A stretch of DNA of 64,000 bases, from the IMG/VR virus record IMGVR_UViG_3300025674_000014, one strand, 5' to 3'. Position numbers and translations under genes: made by a program. Of this stretch, positions 24,516 to 35,130 are shown piece after piece; position 1 is the stretch's first letter, and each line of letters opens with the position of its first letter. The DNA comes from a virus (Duplodnaviria > Caudoviricetes). The notes under the pieces are model-generated. The model was not told the origin of the DNA. It searched no databases and worked only from the letters and a program-made list of their open reading frames with translations.

Positions 24516-26686
24516 TATTGTCTGGCTCTAGTAAATAAAGTTAATCTTGCTCCCCAATAAGAAGATTGGTTAGCTGTATCTGAGTAGAAAATTAATTCTG
24601 AACAATAACTAAATGTTATACCTATCTCATTATTATTAACAATTATATACCTAACATTAGGTATTAATCTGTAATTATCAGGTGTTAATAAAAAGTTATC
24701 TTTAGTAATTGTACCTTCAATATAATCTGTATTATATAAAATATTACCTGTATTGTTAAAATTAGGTACATACAAATCACTTGAATTTAAATCAAACGTG
24801 GGTGTTTTATAGTCAGACGATAAACCGTCTATACCCCAAATGTTATAATTGGTACCAGCAGAGTCTAATGAATTATCTTCCTTATCAATATCTAACAATG
24901 TAGCACTTAATGATGAGCCTGTACTAACTAAAAGTTGTAATGCTTGATATATATTAGAAGATATACCTTTTCTATAATCTGTATTAGGGTTACTAGATAG
25001 CTGTTTATTTTCTACAAATGGTATACCTAACCAACTTGATTGGCCATCAGGAGCTGATTCACCTTGAGTCTGCCCAGTATTGGCATCACTGTTAAAGAAA
25101 AATGCTCTAAAGTAAGTATTAGCAAAATCATTTACGACACCACCTGGATTAGATGTAGATCTTAAATTAAGAAGGTTACTTGTTGTATTATTTTTATTAA
25201 ATCCAAATCTAGCATTATTAATTAATACATTTACTGCAGCTGATGCGCTATCAGCTTGAACCCAATTTGATTCAAATACAAATTTGTAAGTAGCATTTGC
25301 TTCAGTAACAAAAGGAGATGATACAGCTTTGGTTGGTGATTGAGTTTGGGTTGGGGTTCTTGTATTGGTAGGAGTTTGTGTTTGAGTAGGTGTATTAGAT
25401 CTAGTTTGAGTAGATGTTCTGGTTTGGGTAGGTGTTTGTGTTCTAGTAGCAAATTGTGTAGCAGTTCTAGATTGAGTACTTGTTCTAGTTTGGGTAGCTG
25501 TATTGGTTCTAGTCTTACTAGGGGTTGCAAATTGTGTATAAGTTTGTGTAGGGGTTTTAGTTCTTGTATTTGTTCTAGATTGAGTAGGCGTTGATGTGTG
25601 ATTACGAGTTAAAGATACCGTAATTGTATTGGTCAATGTAGGGGTTAAAGTAGTTGTTGGTGTTAACCCTCTTGTAGCAGTGGGTGTAGGTGTAAAAGGA
25701 TTTTCATAACCAATACCATTAACTGAAAAATTATAAATGTGAAAAGCTGAAGTATCAACTCCTGTAGCATAAGACAACCCTACTTTAGTTTTACCAGATA
25801 ATGGCATTTCTAAGTTAAGATTATTATATTCATAAACTTTAATAAAGTTAGAATAAGCATCGTTTCTTAGATATACAATAACCTTCTTTCCGTAATTGGT
25901 AATTCTTACTTTAAATGCTTTACGAATAGGATTAATTGCAAAATTAGTAGGTGTGTTTGTAGGGGTAGATGTTTTAGTTTGAGATAAAGTGGGTGAAATT
26001 GTTCTTGTTGGTGTAGGTGTTACTACTGAACAAGCTTGACTTGTATTAGATGGGGTAAATGTTTGGGTAGGTGTTCTTGTTTGAGTGTTGGTTCTAGATT
26101 GAGTTTTAGTTCTAGTTACTGTATTTGTTTGTGTAGACGTTAAAGTTGAATTTATCGTGTTGGTAAAAGTTTTGGTAGGTGTTATTGTAGGTGTTTTAGT
26201 TTGAGTTGCGGTAACTGAAGGGTATTTGTAACCAATAGTTTCATACAAATCTAAACCAAAATTGATCAAATTAACACTAGTGTCAATATAATCAAAGTTT
26301 TTATTACCGCTATTACCATATCTTAATCCAATTGAATTAGGTCTTGTGTCAACTGTACCTGAAGTATATTGACCTCCTAATGGTCTAGAAAAATCCCCTA
26401 CATGATCAAAAGCTACCCCAAGTAAAGATTGATCAGTACCAAGAAATATATCATTACCTTCATACTCAATTAAACCTTCAGTGGGTGCAAAACCTAACCC
26501 CGAACCAGGGCTACCAACATTACCAGATGAATTAGCATCTAATAAGAAAACACAAAAGCCTTCACCTCCATTGACTAAACTACCAAAGAAAGAAAACTCA
26601 CCAGATATAATAATATCTTTAGTAAGATCTAGTACATCTTCTAAGATTATATTATTTGCTTTAACTGTGTTAATTGTTGAAGGCAT
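24515..26686 (-). CDS. Putative receptor-binding protein: L-type lectin domain plus Thr-rich repeats
   Basis: GGEGFCVFL, GSGLGF, LGVAFD and KVGLSYATG...HIYNFS legume-lectin motifs. Confidence 0.7.
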   Translation of the reverse strand: MPSTINTVKANNIILEDVLDLTKDIIISGEFSFFGSLVNGGEGFCVFLLDANSSGNVGSPGSGLGFAPTEGLIEYEGNDIFLGTDQSLLGVAFDHVGDFSRPLGGQYTSGTVDTRPNSIGLRYGNSGNKNFDYIDTSVNLINFGLDLYETIGYKYPSVTATQTKTPTITPTKTFTNTINSTLTSTQTNTVTRTKTQSRTNTQTRTPTQTFTPSNTSQACSVVTPTPTRTISPTLSQTKTSTPTNTPTNFAINPIRKAFKVRITNYGKKVIVYLRNDAYSNFIKVYEYNNLNLEMPLSGKTKVGLSYATGVDTSAFHIYNFSVNGIGYENPFTPTPTATRGLTPTTTLTPTLTNTITVSLTRNHTSTPTQSRTNTRTKTPTQTYTQFATPSKTRTNTATQTRTSTQSRTATQFATRTQTPTQTRTSTQTRSNTPTQTQTPTNTRTPTQTQSPTKAVSSPFVTEANATYKFVFESNWVQADSASAAVNVLINNARFGFNKNNTTSNLLNLRSTSNPGGVVNDFANTYFRAFFFNSDANTGQTQGESAPDGQSSWLGIPFVENKQLSSNPNTDYRKGISSNIYQALQLLVSTGSSLSATLLDIDKEDNSLDSAGTNYNIWGIDGLSSDYKTPTFDLNSSDLYVPNFNNTGNILYNTDYIEGTITKDNFLLTPDNYRLIPNVRYIIVNNNEIGITFSYCSELIFYSDTANQSSYWGARLTLFTRARQ

Positions 26687-26695
26687 TATATATAT

Positions 26696-29600
26696 TTACT
26701 GTTGTTCTCCTAATTTCAAAACACCTTCACTTTCAAGCCATACACTTTGCTGGGTGCCGTCTAAGTAATTATAGTCAATAAAACTAGCTGTTAGAGGGTT
26801 GGAATAATTTTCATTTCTTATTCTAGAATTTTGGAAGTATATTTCATTATCTACATTTTCAAACTTGCCGTTAATAAACTTATAATTCTGGTAATAGAAC
26901 GCAATACTATCTGATAAATCAACACTCTTTATAACATAGCTATATGTATTGGTTTCTGAATCATAAGTTAAAACAGGTCTATCTACTTCATAAACATTAT
27001 AATATGGATCTGAAGCATCTACTATACTGCTGTTGATATTATTAATAGATCTAAAACTATAAGCAGATAACTCTCTATATATTAATGAGTTAGTAGACTT
27101 AGGAAATATTTGCCTTAAATTAAGACTATCTAATTCCATTTTATAAATTGTAGGATAAAGATATTTGTAATTGGTAGCAGATAATGCAGAATGAATTGAT
27201 GTTTTATGAAATAATATAGTGTTTGATTTTTCATGGTAATAAAAATTACCAAATTTTTCTATATGAGTATTACCAGAAGTTATTCTACTAATATAATTTA
27301 ATGAGCTGTTAAATGCTAGAACCTTACCTGTGCTATAATCATAATCTATCTTCTCAATAACCTGGTAGTTAGGAGTTTCAATTACACAAACATCAAATAC
27401 AACATCAAGTTTAATAATGTTATTATTAAGCTCATTATATATTTCAGACTTAGCTGAATATTTAACAAATATTGCACTAAGTGAAGCAGATAATGGTGTT
27501 ACATTATTGTTTAAATCTCTAAAGTATGAATAAGATGATAACTGATACTTTTTATCATAAATGGATTTATTAGAAGTAGCATCTTCATTTACATATTGGG
27601 TAGATAAACCTTCTAAAATAGTACCGTAATGTTTTATTTTATCGAAACGTTTTAATTCTACATTAGATAAGTTGAAAGGGTCTAATTGATTTACATACTC
27701 AAATCTTCCACAATCTATAACAGAACTTAAAGACCTTAAAAATGTAGCTGTTCTTACAAAGTTAGGTCTGTTACCATTTATATCACTAGCACCATCAACT
27801 AACTTATTATAATAAACAGTTTGAATATTTTGATTCCAAGAAGGTGAATCACTGCTAGGTGAATCAGGTAACAATACATTATTAAAAGTAGAATAAAATA
27901 CACCATCGTAAGTATTACCTCTATTATAAAAAATAGACGAGGTAAAACACCAAGGCATATCAAAGCTACCGTTATATAATCTACTAGAGGTTTCAGTAGT
28001 AAATTCTAAATCTCCCAATGAACATAAACTTGTAGTAAATGATTGACTAGGTAATATATCGTAAATAAACTCACCATAATCCCCATCAATAGCAGATGTA
28101 TAATTAAATGGTTCATTGTTTATAAAAAACAAACCATTACTTAAAAATAAACACCTTTGGGTTATATTATTATAGGTAGATGATACACTATTAAATAAAG
28201 ATTTAGTTGAACTTTTTAGCAAGCCGATACTATTTCCATAGATATCGCTTGAGTTAAATACTAAACTATTATTACCAACTAATAATGAATTTTGTCTTTC
28301 ATCAATAGGGTAAAGAGCTTTATTATTGATATTATAGATATCGTTATTGCTCCATATATCACCCTTACCTTTGAAGAAATCTACTTTATCATAATTTCTA
28401 GATACACCAGAAGAATAAATTTGATTTTTTTCTTCTACATTTTCATAACCATGAAAATTAAGATAAAATGAATTATCATTTATATAACCAAAAGCTGCAG
28501 AGTTACTTACATCATAGTTAACAATATAAGCATTTTCATTTACATCAAATATTTCAAAAGTAGATTTAGTGTATTTAGAATTACCATATGTACCTATATA
28601 TTTTGTAGGGTCTGGAAAATAGTAAATAGTGTTACCAGATAAAGCTTGATAATTTATATTATAATTAAATTTAAAAACATTATAAACTAAAGTGCCTAAA
28701 TTAGATGGTTTATAAAAACCACCTATATCTTTTTCTCTTACTAAGAAAGCAGTGTTAGGTAAAGTAGCAGTACTAACATTGTTTCTGTTAAGATAATTTT
28801 GAGATATATTTTTAGCTTCTAATAATTTACCAGATAAAGCTTCAGAAGTATTTTCACCTGCAGTTAAATAATACCAATCTGTACCAATAAACTTTTCAAA
28901 TAAAGCTTTCTTATTTTGTAAGTTTAAATTATCGGTATTACCATCATTTAATTGATTAATAAAATCTTTATTTTTAAGATAATCAACATCAGTTGAATTT
29001 AATGATACTGGGAATGAAAGATTAGATATAAAATCTTCTAAAATATAATTGTAAGATGATAATGTTCTTACTATTGAGTTATCATAATTGATAAACAAAT
29101 CTGGATCCCAGGGATTAGTATTGCTATTCCATTGATCGTTTCTTTCTTTACCTCCATACTCATATCCCGAAGCAGGTACTGATGCAGTTAAATCAAAGTA
29201 ATCATCATAATTATCATAAAGTTCATCTATTACATAGTTAACATTACTAAGTACAAAATTCTTATTTGCTCCAAAACGATGAGCTAAAGAGATAGTATCT
29301 GAATTATAATTTAACAGATCACTTATTAGTTTAGTTAAGAAAGAAGTAATACCTATATTAGAAGAGAATATATTATTACGTCTCGGTTGCGTCTTTACTG
29401 TCTCTCTAAAGTTTTTATAATAACTAGTAAGTGACTTTATTTTCGATGCAACTAAGGGAACGATAGTATCTAATTGTTCGCTATCTTTATAATCGATAGA
29501 TCTTAGAAATTTTCTTTCCTGCTCAGTAAATACATCTAATGAAATTTGCTCTACTAATGATATATACTGCTGTTTAACATCGTTGTTTTGATTTATTAAA

Positions 29601-29812
29601 AAAGTATTTTTAACTACATTCCACGAAGTTAAATATTTTTGATAGGAATTTTTAAAAGTTTCAATTGAAACCGAGTTGTTTTTAAAGTAAGAAAGCCAGG
29701 ATTTAAAATCTAGAGGATTATTATAATCTACAGCATCGGATAAATTACCTAAAACGGTAATTGATCTTTCGATTTTATAATCACTAAATCTATCTATAGT
29801 GTTAACTGGCAT
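26696..29812 (-). CDS. Large putative baseplate wedge protein (gp7-like position)
   Basis: 1038 aa, downstream of gp6, own late motif; family not recognised directly. Confidence 0.5.
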   Translation of the reverse strand: MPVNTIDRFSDYKIERSITVLGNLSDAVDYNNPLDFKSWLSYFKNNSVSIETFKNSYQKYLTSWNVVKNTFLINQNNDVKQQYISLVEQISLDVFTEQERKFLRSIDYKDSEQLDTIVPLVASKIKSLTSYYKNFRETVKTQPRRNNIFSSNIGITSFLTKLISDLLNYNSDTISLAHRFGANKNFVLSNVNYVIDELYDNYDDYFDLTASVPASGYEYGGKERNDQWNSNTNPWDPDLFINYDNSIVRTLSSYNYILEDFISNLSFPVSLNSTDVDYLKNKDFINQLNDGNTDNLNLQNKKALFEKFIGTDWYYLTAGENTSEALSGKLLEAKNISQNYLNRNNVSTATLPNTAFLVREKDIGGFYKPSNLGTLVYNVFKFNYNINYQALSGNTIYYFPDPTKYIGTYGNSKYTKSTFEIFDVNENAYIVNYDVSNSAAFGYINDNSFYLNFHGYENVEEKNQIYSSGVSRNYDKVDFFKGKGDIWSNNDIYNINNKALYPIDERQNSLLVGNNSLVFNSSDIYGNSIGLLKSSTKSLFNSVSSTYNNITQRCLFLSNGLFFINNEPFNYTSAIDGDYGEFIYDILPSQSFTTSLCSLGDLEFTTETSSRLYNGSFDMPWCFTSSIFYNRGNTYDGVFYSTFNNVLLPDSPSSDSPSWNQNIQTVYYNKLVDGASDINGNRPNFVRTATFLRSLSSVIDCGRFEYVNQLDPFNLSNVELKRFDKIKHYGTILEGLSTQYVNEDATSNKSIYDKKYQLSSYSYFRDLNNNVTPLSASLSAIFVKYSAKSEIYNELNNNIIKLDVVFDVCVIETPNYQVIEKIDYDYSTGKVLAFNSSLNYISRITSGNTHIEKFGNFYYHEKSNTILFHKTSIHSALSATNYKYLYPTIYKMELDSLNLRQIFPKSTNSLIYRELSAYSFRSINNINSSIVDASDPYYNVYEVDRPVLTYDSETNTYSYVIKSVDLSDSIAFYYQNYKFINGKFENVDNEIYFQNSRIRNENYSNPLTASFIDYNYLDGTQQSVWLESEGVLKLGEQQ

Positions 29813-29829
29813 TGATAATATTTAATAAG

Positions 29830-32133
29830 TTAGCTAGCTGATAACAATTCAAGACCTATGCTTAATTGATAATTTAAGTTCTGTTCTATAACACCAGCAT
29901 AACTATCCCAATTTTTTAAGGGGGACGTATCAATATTGTAATTGCTCATATAAGATGGTAAGTAAGCAGATAATGTATTTTCGCCTTCTAAATCAATAGT
30001 AGTTTGATAAACATCATCCCAGTTAATAATATTATTTGTCCAATCACCAGGTACAACTGGTACAAATCTGTAAAATTTATAGTAAGAAGATAGTTCGTAA
30101 ACAAAATTACTTTGATCGTAAAAATCATTAGGTAATACTAATCCCCATCCCCAATCTTTACTAAACGAACTTAACGCATAACTACTAGTAGGAATAGTAT
30201 TAACATTAGTTCTAAGTAATGTGTATCTTTCTGAAAATGTTTCATACCCTACAATATAATCTTCATTCTTATAAATAATGCCATCCAATATATCTAATCT
30301 ATCACCAAGATTGTTGCCATATATTTTTCCATCTCTATAATTTTTAGCTGCTGTATGGGTATCATTTGGTTTATCAGCTAAGTTATACTTATCATGAAAG
30401 TTTAGTTGATATTGACTTCTTTTTCCGAATAATAAAGATTTTTTAATAGAAAATATATTAACTAATCTGCTTAAATCAGCAGGGTAGTTAATTAATAAGT
30501 TAGAAGAAGCAAAATCATCTAAGTCAACATTATACTCTAAAGCATAACCATATAAATTTCTTATGTCACACGTATCAATGTTTACATTATTTTGAATAAA
30601 ATTAGAAGTCTTTTCGTATATTCTTTTTCCAATAGCATTAGTTTCAGAACTTAAAGTACCTAATATAGTTCCAAAGAATGAATCAAATATTTGAGGTCTT
30701 TTATATATTGAAGGCTGAAATGCTAAATCCTTCATGTAAGTAGACATATCAAAATTTTCATTTATCTTAGCTACTTTATTAACACCTGATGAAGGATATA
30801 AATGAAATGCATCACTTGTACCAGATAACTCAAAACTATCAGTATACATATAAGCTGATAATCTAAACATTTGATTTGTGTTATCAAAGTCTGTATTGTT
30901 CCAAAGTTTATAAGCACTAGTAGGAAAAACAAAACTACCTTTTACCCAACCCAATCTGTATTTTTTAAACAACTCAGTATCGAAACTTATGTAATCTGTA
31001 AGTTCAGATACTAAAGTTAACTTATCAGCAGTTACTAACTTTAGTTGTACAGCATTTTCTGCAAAATCAAAATTATAATTAAAATTAGTAGGTAGTGTTT
31101 TACTATCATACCAATTATTAAACTTTGTTTTAGCAACAAAACTAATTTGTTGATCTAAAAATTTACTAGGGTTAATATTAAAAGTGTTTATCTTTTTACC
31201 TTCACCATCTATACCGTTAGAAGAAATATGTATAAGGTCAGGTTGTTTATATATATTTTCAAATACACTATATTTTGCAGTATCACTATTTTTTACTGGT
31301 AAATCTGAATCATATTTTAAGTTATAGTATTTGGTATAATTATCAGGAAAATTAGATGTGTCTACTGTAGCTAAAAGATGGTATGTAGAATTGTTTACCG
31401 TATCGTCAACAAAGTAAAAGTCAGCTGATCCACTTGTACCTACAAAAAATGCTCCTTTGTCAGATGAAGAAGTAGGTTCAACTAAAGTACTTTGATTAAG
31501 TCTACCATATAAATTAGTATCAATTGTATTTACCTTATTAACAATAGTGTCACTAAAAACAGACCCTGTTTCTAAAGTAACATCTTCTCTTTCAAAAAAT
31601 CTATGAGTTGGTAATAAATGAGAGTAAGGTTCTTTTTCTAACTTAGTAATATCATAATATAAAGAATTACTACCACTTGCATTTAAAAAGAATGAATATT
31701 TGTTACCGTAAGTTTGTAAACTGTTATATCTTTCTAATGTTAATTGAGGTGATGCATTACCTGCAGTAAGAAAAAGATATAAAGAATTTAAACCGCTAAG
31801 AGGTTTAAATCTAAAACTATTGCTTACAAAGTCTAATATTTGAATATCTTTTCTATATGAATCTAAAACTGTATTACCTGATGATAACATTAACGTCATA
31901 GTAACGCTATATGTACCAGGGTAATAAAAATAATGTTCAGCTGAAAAAGCGTTTACTTTTGTTGAACCATCGCCAAAGTCCCATAAAATATACTTGTTAC
32001 TGAAATCAGATGTTTCATAATTCCCAGGAACAAATCTAACGGGTGTTTGAGGTAAAGCGTAAGAAGATAAAGACTCAACGTCAAAGACGTTATAACTTTT
32101 AAAATTCCAATATCCTGTGTTATAATTTGGCAT
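29830..32133 (-). CDS. Putative baseplate wedge protein with an N-terminal PKD domain
   Basis: WDFGDGS...HYFYYPGTYSVTMT PKD motif; directly downstream of gp6. Confidence 0.6.
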   Translation of the reverse strand: MPNYNTGYWNFKSYNVFDVESLSSYALPQTPVRFVPGNYETSDFSNKYILWDFGDGSTKVNAFSAEHYFYYPGTYSVTMTLMLSSGNTVLDSYRKDIQILDFVSNSFRFKPLSGLNSLYLFLTAGNASPQLTLERYNSLQTYGNKYSFFLNASGSNSLYYDITKLEKEPYSHLLPTHRFFEREDVTLETGSVFSDTIVNKVNTIDTNLYGRLNQSTLVEPTSSSDKGAFFVGTSGSADFYFVDDTVNNSTYHLLATVDTSNFPDNYTKYYNLKYDSDLPVKNSDTAKYSVFENIYKQPDLIHISSNGIDGEGKKINTFNINPSKFLDQQISFVAKTKFNNWYDSKTLPTNFNYNFDFAENAVQLKLVTADKLTLVSELTDYISFDTELFKKYRLGWVKGSFVFPTSAYKLWNNTDFDNTNQMFRLSAYMYTDSFELSGTSDAFHLYPSSGVNKVAKINENFDMSTYMKDLAFQPSIYKRPQIFDSFFGTILGTLSSETNAIGKRIYEKTSNFIQNNVNIDTCDIRNLYGYALEYNVDLDDFASSNLLINYPADLSRLVNIFSIKKSLLFGKRSQYQLNFHDKYNLADKPNDTHTAAKNYRDGKIYGNNLGDRLDILDGIIYKNEDYIVGYETFSERYTLLRTNVNTIPTSSYALSSFSKDWGWGLVLPNDFYDQSNFVYELSSYYKFYRFVPVVPGDWTNNIINWDDVYQTTIDLEGENTLSAYLPSYMSNYNIDTSPLKNWDSYAGVIEQNLNYQLSIGLELLSAS

Positions 32134-32134
32134 G

Positions 32135-33961
32135 TTAACCTTGTCTTATTACTTCAATTCTTTCCGATACTAAAGATAAATTTTTAAAATAAGGGAATTG
32201 AAAATATTTTAATCTTACATCTTGATCTGTAGTAGTAAAATCAGATGTTAGATAAACTGGATTATATAAAGCTAATTGTAATTGATTATTAATAATAGTG
32301 CTTCCTTTATAATTTCTTCTTGTTGAAAATTCAACAACCCCATCGACATCTAAAATTAATTGAGATAAATCTTTTAACGAAATAAGTTGACCTAAATCTA
32401 AATTATTGTTGTTAAAATAATCTAAGAATATAGAAGCTATTTCTTTTTGAACTGAACTCAAATCTCTTCTAGAATTTCTATCCACCTCAACATATAAGTA
32501 AGATTCATCTCCTGCAGCATCAATAAAGTTATAATCAGTTCCATTACTAGCTCCAAAATTTAATTCCATATAAACTGGATCTGAAACTACTAATTCAGTT
32601 GTAGCAGATTTAACATCGTTTAATAATATATTAATTGCATTCTTTTGAGCTATTGATAAGAAATTTGTTCTAATATCTAAACTTGTTTCTAAAATCTTAT
32701 TAGGTACTGCAAAAATGTATATATTATTAAAATCACAAGCATCAGAAAAATTAACCTGATTAAACAAAACTCTTGAATCATCATTAGGTCTATCTAATCC
32801 TATATCAAAAAAGTATTTCTGATAAATTGCAGTGTAGTCAAAATTGTTAACAACTGATGCTGATTTAACCCAGTTACCAAAATTCTTTAATATATAATTT
32901 CTATAATCATCTGTAGTAACTAACCTATATTGTGAGTTAAATAAGTTAGGGGCATTAATTTTTATTTCTTCAACACTCTCTTTAGTTTTAAACAATGTAG
33001 ATGCATTTGCATTAGTAAACGATACATTAGCAGCTTCAGCACTAGTTATAATGTTAGCACCGCTTGATGTGGTGTCGTTTAAGATTGCATTAAATTGTGT
33101 TGTGTTATAAAAGTATAACTGCTGATTATCTATTTGGTTTTTGCTGATCTGACCATTTTGACCATCAGACTTAAGATAATATATAGCAACTAGATCACCT
33201 TCGTTAAGTTTTTTACCATTAACATTATTACCAAACTTAATTTCATATTGTTCATTTTCATTAAAACGAACTGAATATTTTTTAGCTGAACCTGTTTCAA
33301 GGTATAATGATGATGATCTAGACCATTGCTCCCATTTAGGGTTTAAGACTCCACCTGGTAATACGTAAACATATATGTTATTATTATCTATATAAAAATT
33401 ATCTGTTGTATCGGTTGCAGCAAGAAATGCTACTTCATTTTCTTCACCTATTGCAGAAAATATAGGAAACTCAACAAACTGACCATTATATAAAAGATTG
33501 TTGTTTTGTAAGTCAATTAATGCTTCAACTCCATTTAATGTTTTCTGAAATGTAACATCTTGTACAAAACTATATGAAGTACCTGAAAAGGTAAAATAAC
33601 TAAATCTGGGTATTGTATAAGAGTTAATTGGTAAGTTAGCATTAGCTACTGCTTCGAAGTTAATATTTGCAGATTGCGGGCCTGTAGGGTTATAATCAAT
33701 GCTCTTTACTATTTGATTGATATTCTCGTAAAGCTCAGCCTGACTAAAATTACTCTCAGAAGAATTTTTATTCAAATAGTAAATTAAAACGTGATAAGAA
33801 TAAGCAACAATATCAATAATAGCTGATAGGTTACTACCTTCATAGTTTTGATCGGTAAAGACTTTCTGATCATTCATCTTTTCGATGATAAGATCTTTAA
33901 GACTAATAGCATCAAATGCTACATAACCGTCTTGTTTAAATTTATAATCGTTGTCAGGCAT
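32135..33961 (-). CDS. gp6: Baseplate wedge subunit, T4 gp6-like
   Basis: FTDQNYEGSNLSAIIDIVAY, YEIKFGNNVNGKKL, QYRLVTTDDY. Confidence 0.92.
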   Translation of the reverse strand: MPDNDYKFKQDGYVAFDAISLKDLIIEKMNDQKVFTDQNYEGSNLSAIIDIVAYSYHVLIYYLNKNSSESNFSQAELYENINQIVKSIDYNPTGPQSANINFEAVANANLPINSYTIPRFSYFTFSGTSYSFVQDVTFQKTLNGVEALIDLQNNNLLYNGQFVEFPIFSAIGEENEVAFLAATDTTDNFYIDNNNIYVYVLPGGVLNPKWEQWSRSSSLYLETGSAKKYSVRFNENEQYEIKFGNNVNGKKLNEGDLVAIYYLKSDGQNGQISKNQIDNQQLYFYNTTQFNAILNDTTSSGANIITSAEAANVSFTNANASTLFKTKESVEEIKINAPNLFNSQYRLVTTDDYRNYILKNFGNWVKSASVVNNFDYTAIYQKYFFDIGLDRPNDDSRVLFNQVNFSDACDFNNIYIFAVPNKILETSLDIRTNFLSIAQKNAINILLNDVKSATTELVVSDPVYMELNFGASNGTDYNFIDAAGDESYLYVEVDRNSRRDLSSVQKEIASIFLDYFNNNNLDLGQLISLKDLSQLILDVDGVVEFSTRRNYKGSTIINNQLQLALYNPVYLTSDFTTTDQDVRLKYFQFPYFKNLSLVSERIEVIRQG

Positions 33962-33963
33962 AG

Positions 33964-34452
33964 TTATTGATAAAATGTAACTCCTGTAGAGTTAAGTAAA
34001 GCTTTAAATTTTATAGTTGTATTATTATTTATGAATGGCACACCAAGTGACAGGTTGATTGTATATTGATTTTGTTCTGGTATAGCAGTAACCAACACTT
34101 CCTTTACAGTAATTCTAGGTTCTTGAAGATATAATTGATTTTTAATAGTATTACCTATATTAAGAGCTGTATCCTCTGAACAAGGTAAAAACAAAAATTG
34201 GTTTAAATTAAGACCAAATTGAGGGTTTAATATTTTATCTCCCGGAAAGGAAGTAAAGATATTAACAATACTGTTTTCAATAGCTCCTAAATCATAACTA
34301 CCTACAAGATCTACATCTTTAAGGTTAGAATATAACTCTGCTTGTTGGGTTTGATCCCATTCAAAATCTACTTTAACATCAGCATATGTAAACTGAGGTT
34401 TATCAGTAATATTTTTAGGTTTAGCTAAGTTATCAAGTACTATGTTAGCCAT
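33964..34452 (-). CDS. gp25: Baseplate wedge subunit, gp25-like
   Basis: AIENSIVNIFTSFPGDKILNPQFGLNL...EPRITV. Confidence 0.9.
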   Translation of the reverse strand: MANIVLDNLAKPKNITDKPQFTYADVKVDFEWDQTQQAELYSNLKDVDLVGSYDLGAIENSIVNIFTSFPGDKILNPQFGLNLNQFLFLPCSEDTALNIGNTIKNQLYLQEPRITVKEVLVTAIPEQNQYTINLSLGVPFINNNTTIKFKALLNSTGVTFYQ

Positions 34453-34457
34453 ATTAA

Positions 34458-34465
34458 TATTTATA
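34458..34465 (-). promoter_or_regulatory. T4-type late promoter TATAAATA (gp25 operon)
   Basis: Full T4 consensus 5 nt upstream of the gp25 ATG. Confidence 0.8.
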
Positions 34466-34503
34466 ACTACCTTTTAATTAGCTTCTGCAGCATAAATAAT
34501 ATT

Positions 34504-35130
34504 GTGGAAAAGAAATTCAATAAGATTTACGAATCTTACGTATCTAGATTTACCAGAGGTGGTTTTCTTACTGGAGATTTAGTTAAAGTAAGAGATAACT
34601 ACAAATCTACTGAAGGTTATAAACAATTAAGCCCAGAGTATCAGGCCAAGTTAGATGATCTTTTAGCTAGTGATCTTAACTTGCGTGTTTCTGGTATTGA
34701 GAACAAATACCCTTCTAACCAACCTGGTAACACAGATAACTCAAGCGGAGAGTTTTCTATCACTGTATCACAAGAAACAGCTCCTGGTAGGTATGATGGT
34801 TTTTATCAATTTCCTGATGACATCTTCGAACCAGTAGATGTATATCCTAACAGAATGCCAGTACCAGACAGTATGGTACGTCCTAACGGCACTAAAATTG
34901 ACCCAGATACATTAGAGTATGAAGATGAAGAATCTTATGTTGGGTCTAATCCTCTTAAGTCTCAGGTTGAAGCAGGTTATTTACCTGATGCTGAAAAACA
35001 ACCTGCTATGGGTGATGATAGAGAATTACATAATGTCAATGCTAAGACAGATCAGTTTGGTGCACCTTCTCATGATGCTCAAGCAATCGGAGGCGGTAAC
35101 ATGCCTGACACTAGCATTTACTTAAAGTAA
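34504..35130 (+). CDS. Hypothetical late protein, candidate internal head protein
   Basis: MEKKFNKIYES N-terminus; TAAATA-N5-GTG. Confidence 0.6.
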   Translation: MEKKFNKIYESYVSRFTRGGFLTGDLVKVRDNYKSTEGYKQLSPEYQAKLDDLLASDLNLRVSGIENKYPSNQPGNTDNSSGEFSITVSQETAPGRYDGFYQFPDDIFEPVDVYPNRMPVPDSMVRPNGTKIDPDTLEYEDEESYVGSNPLKSQVEAGYLPDAEKQPAMGDDRELHNVNAKTDQFGAPSHDAQAIGGGNMPDTSIYLK

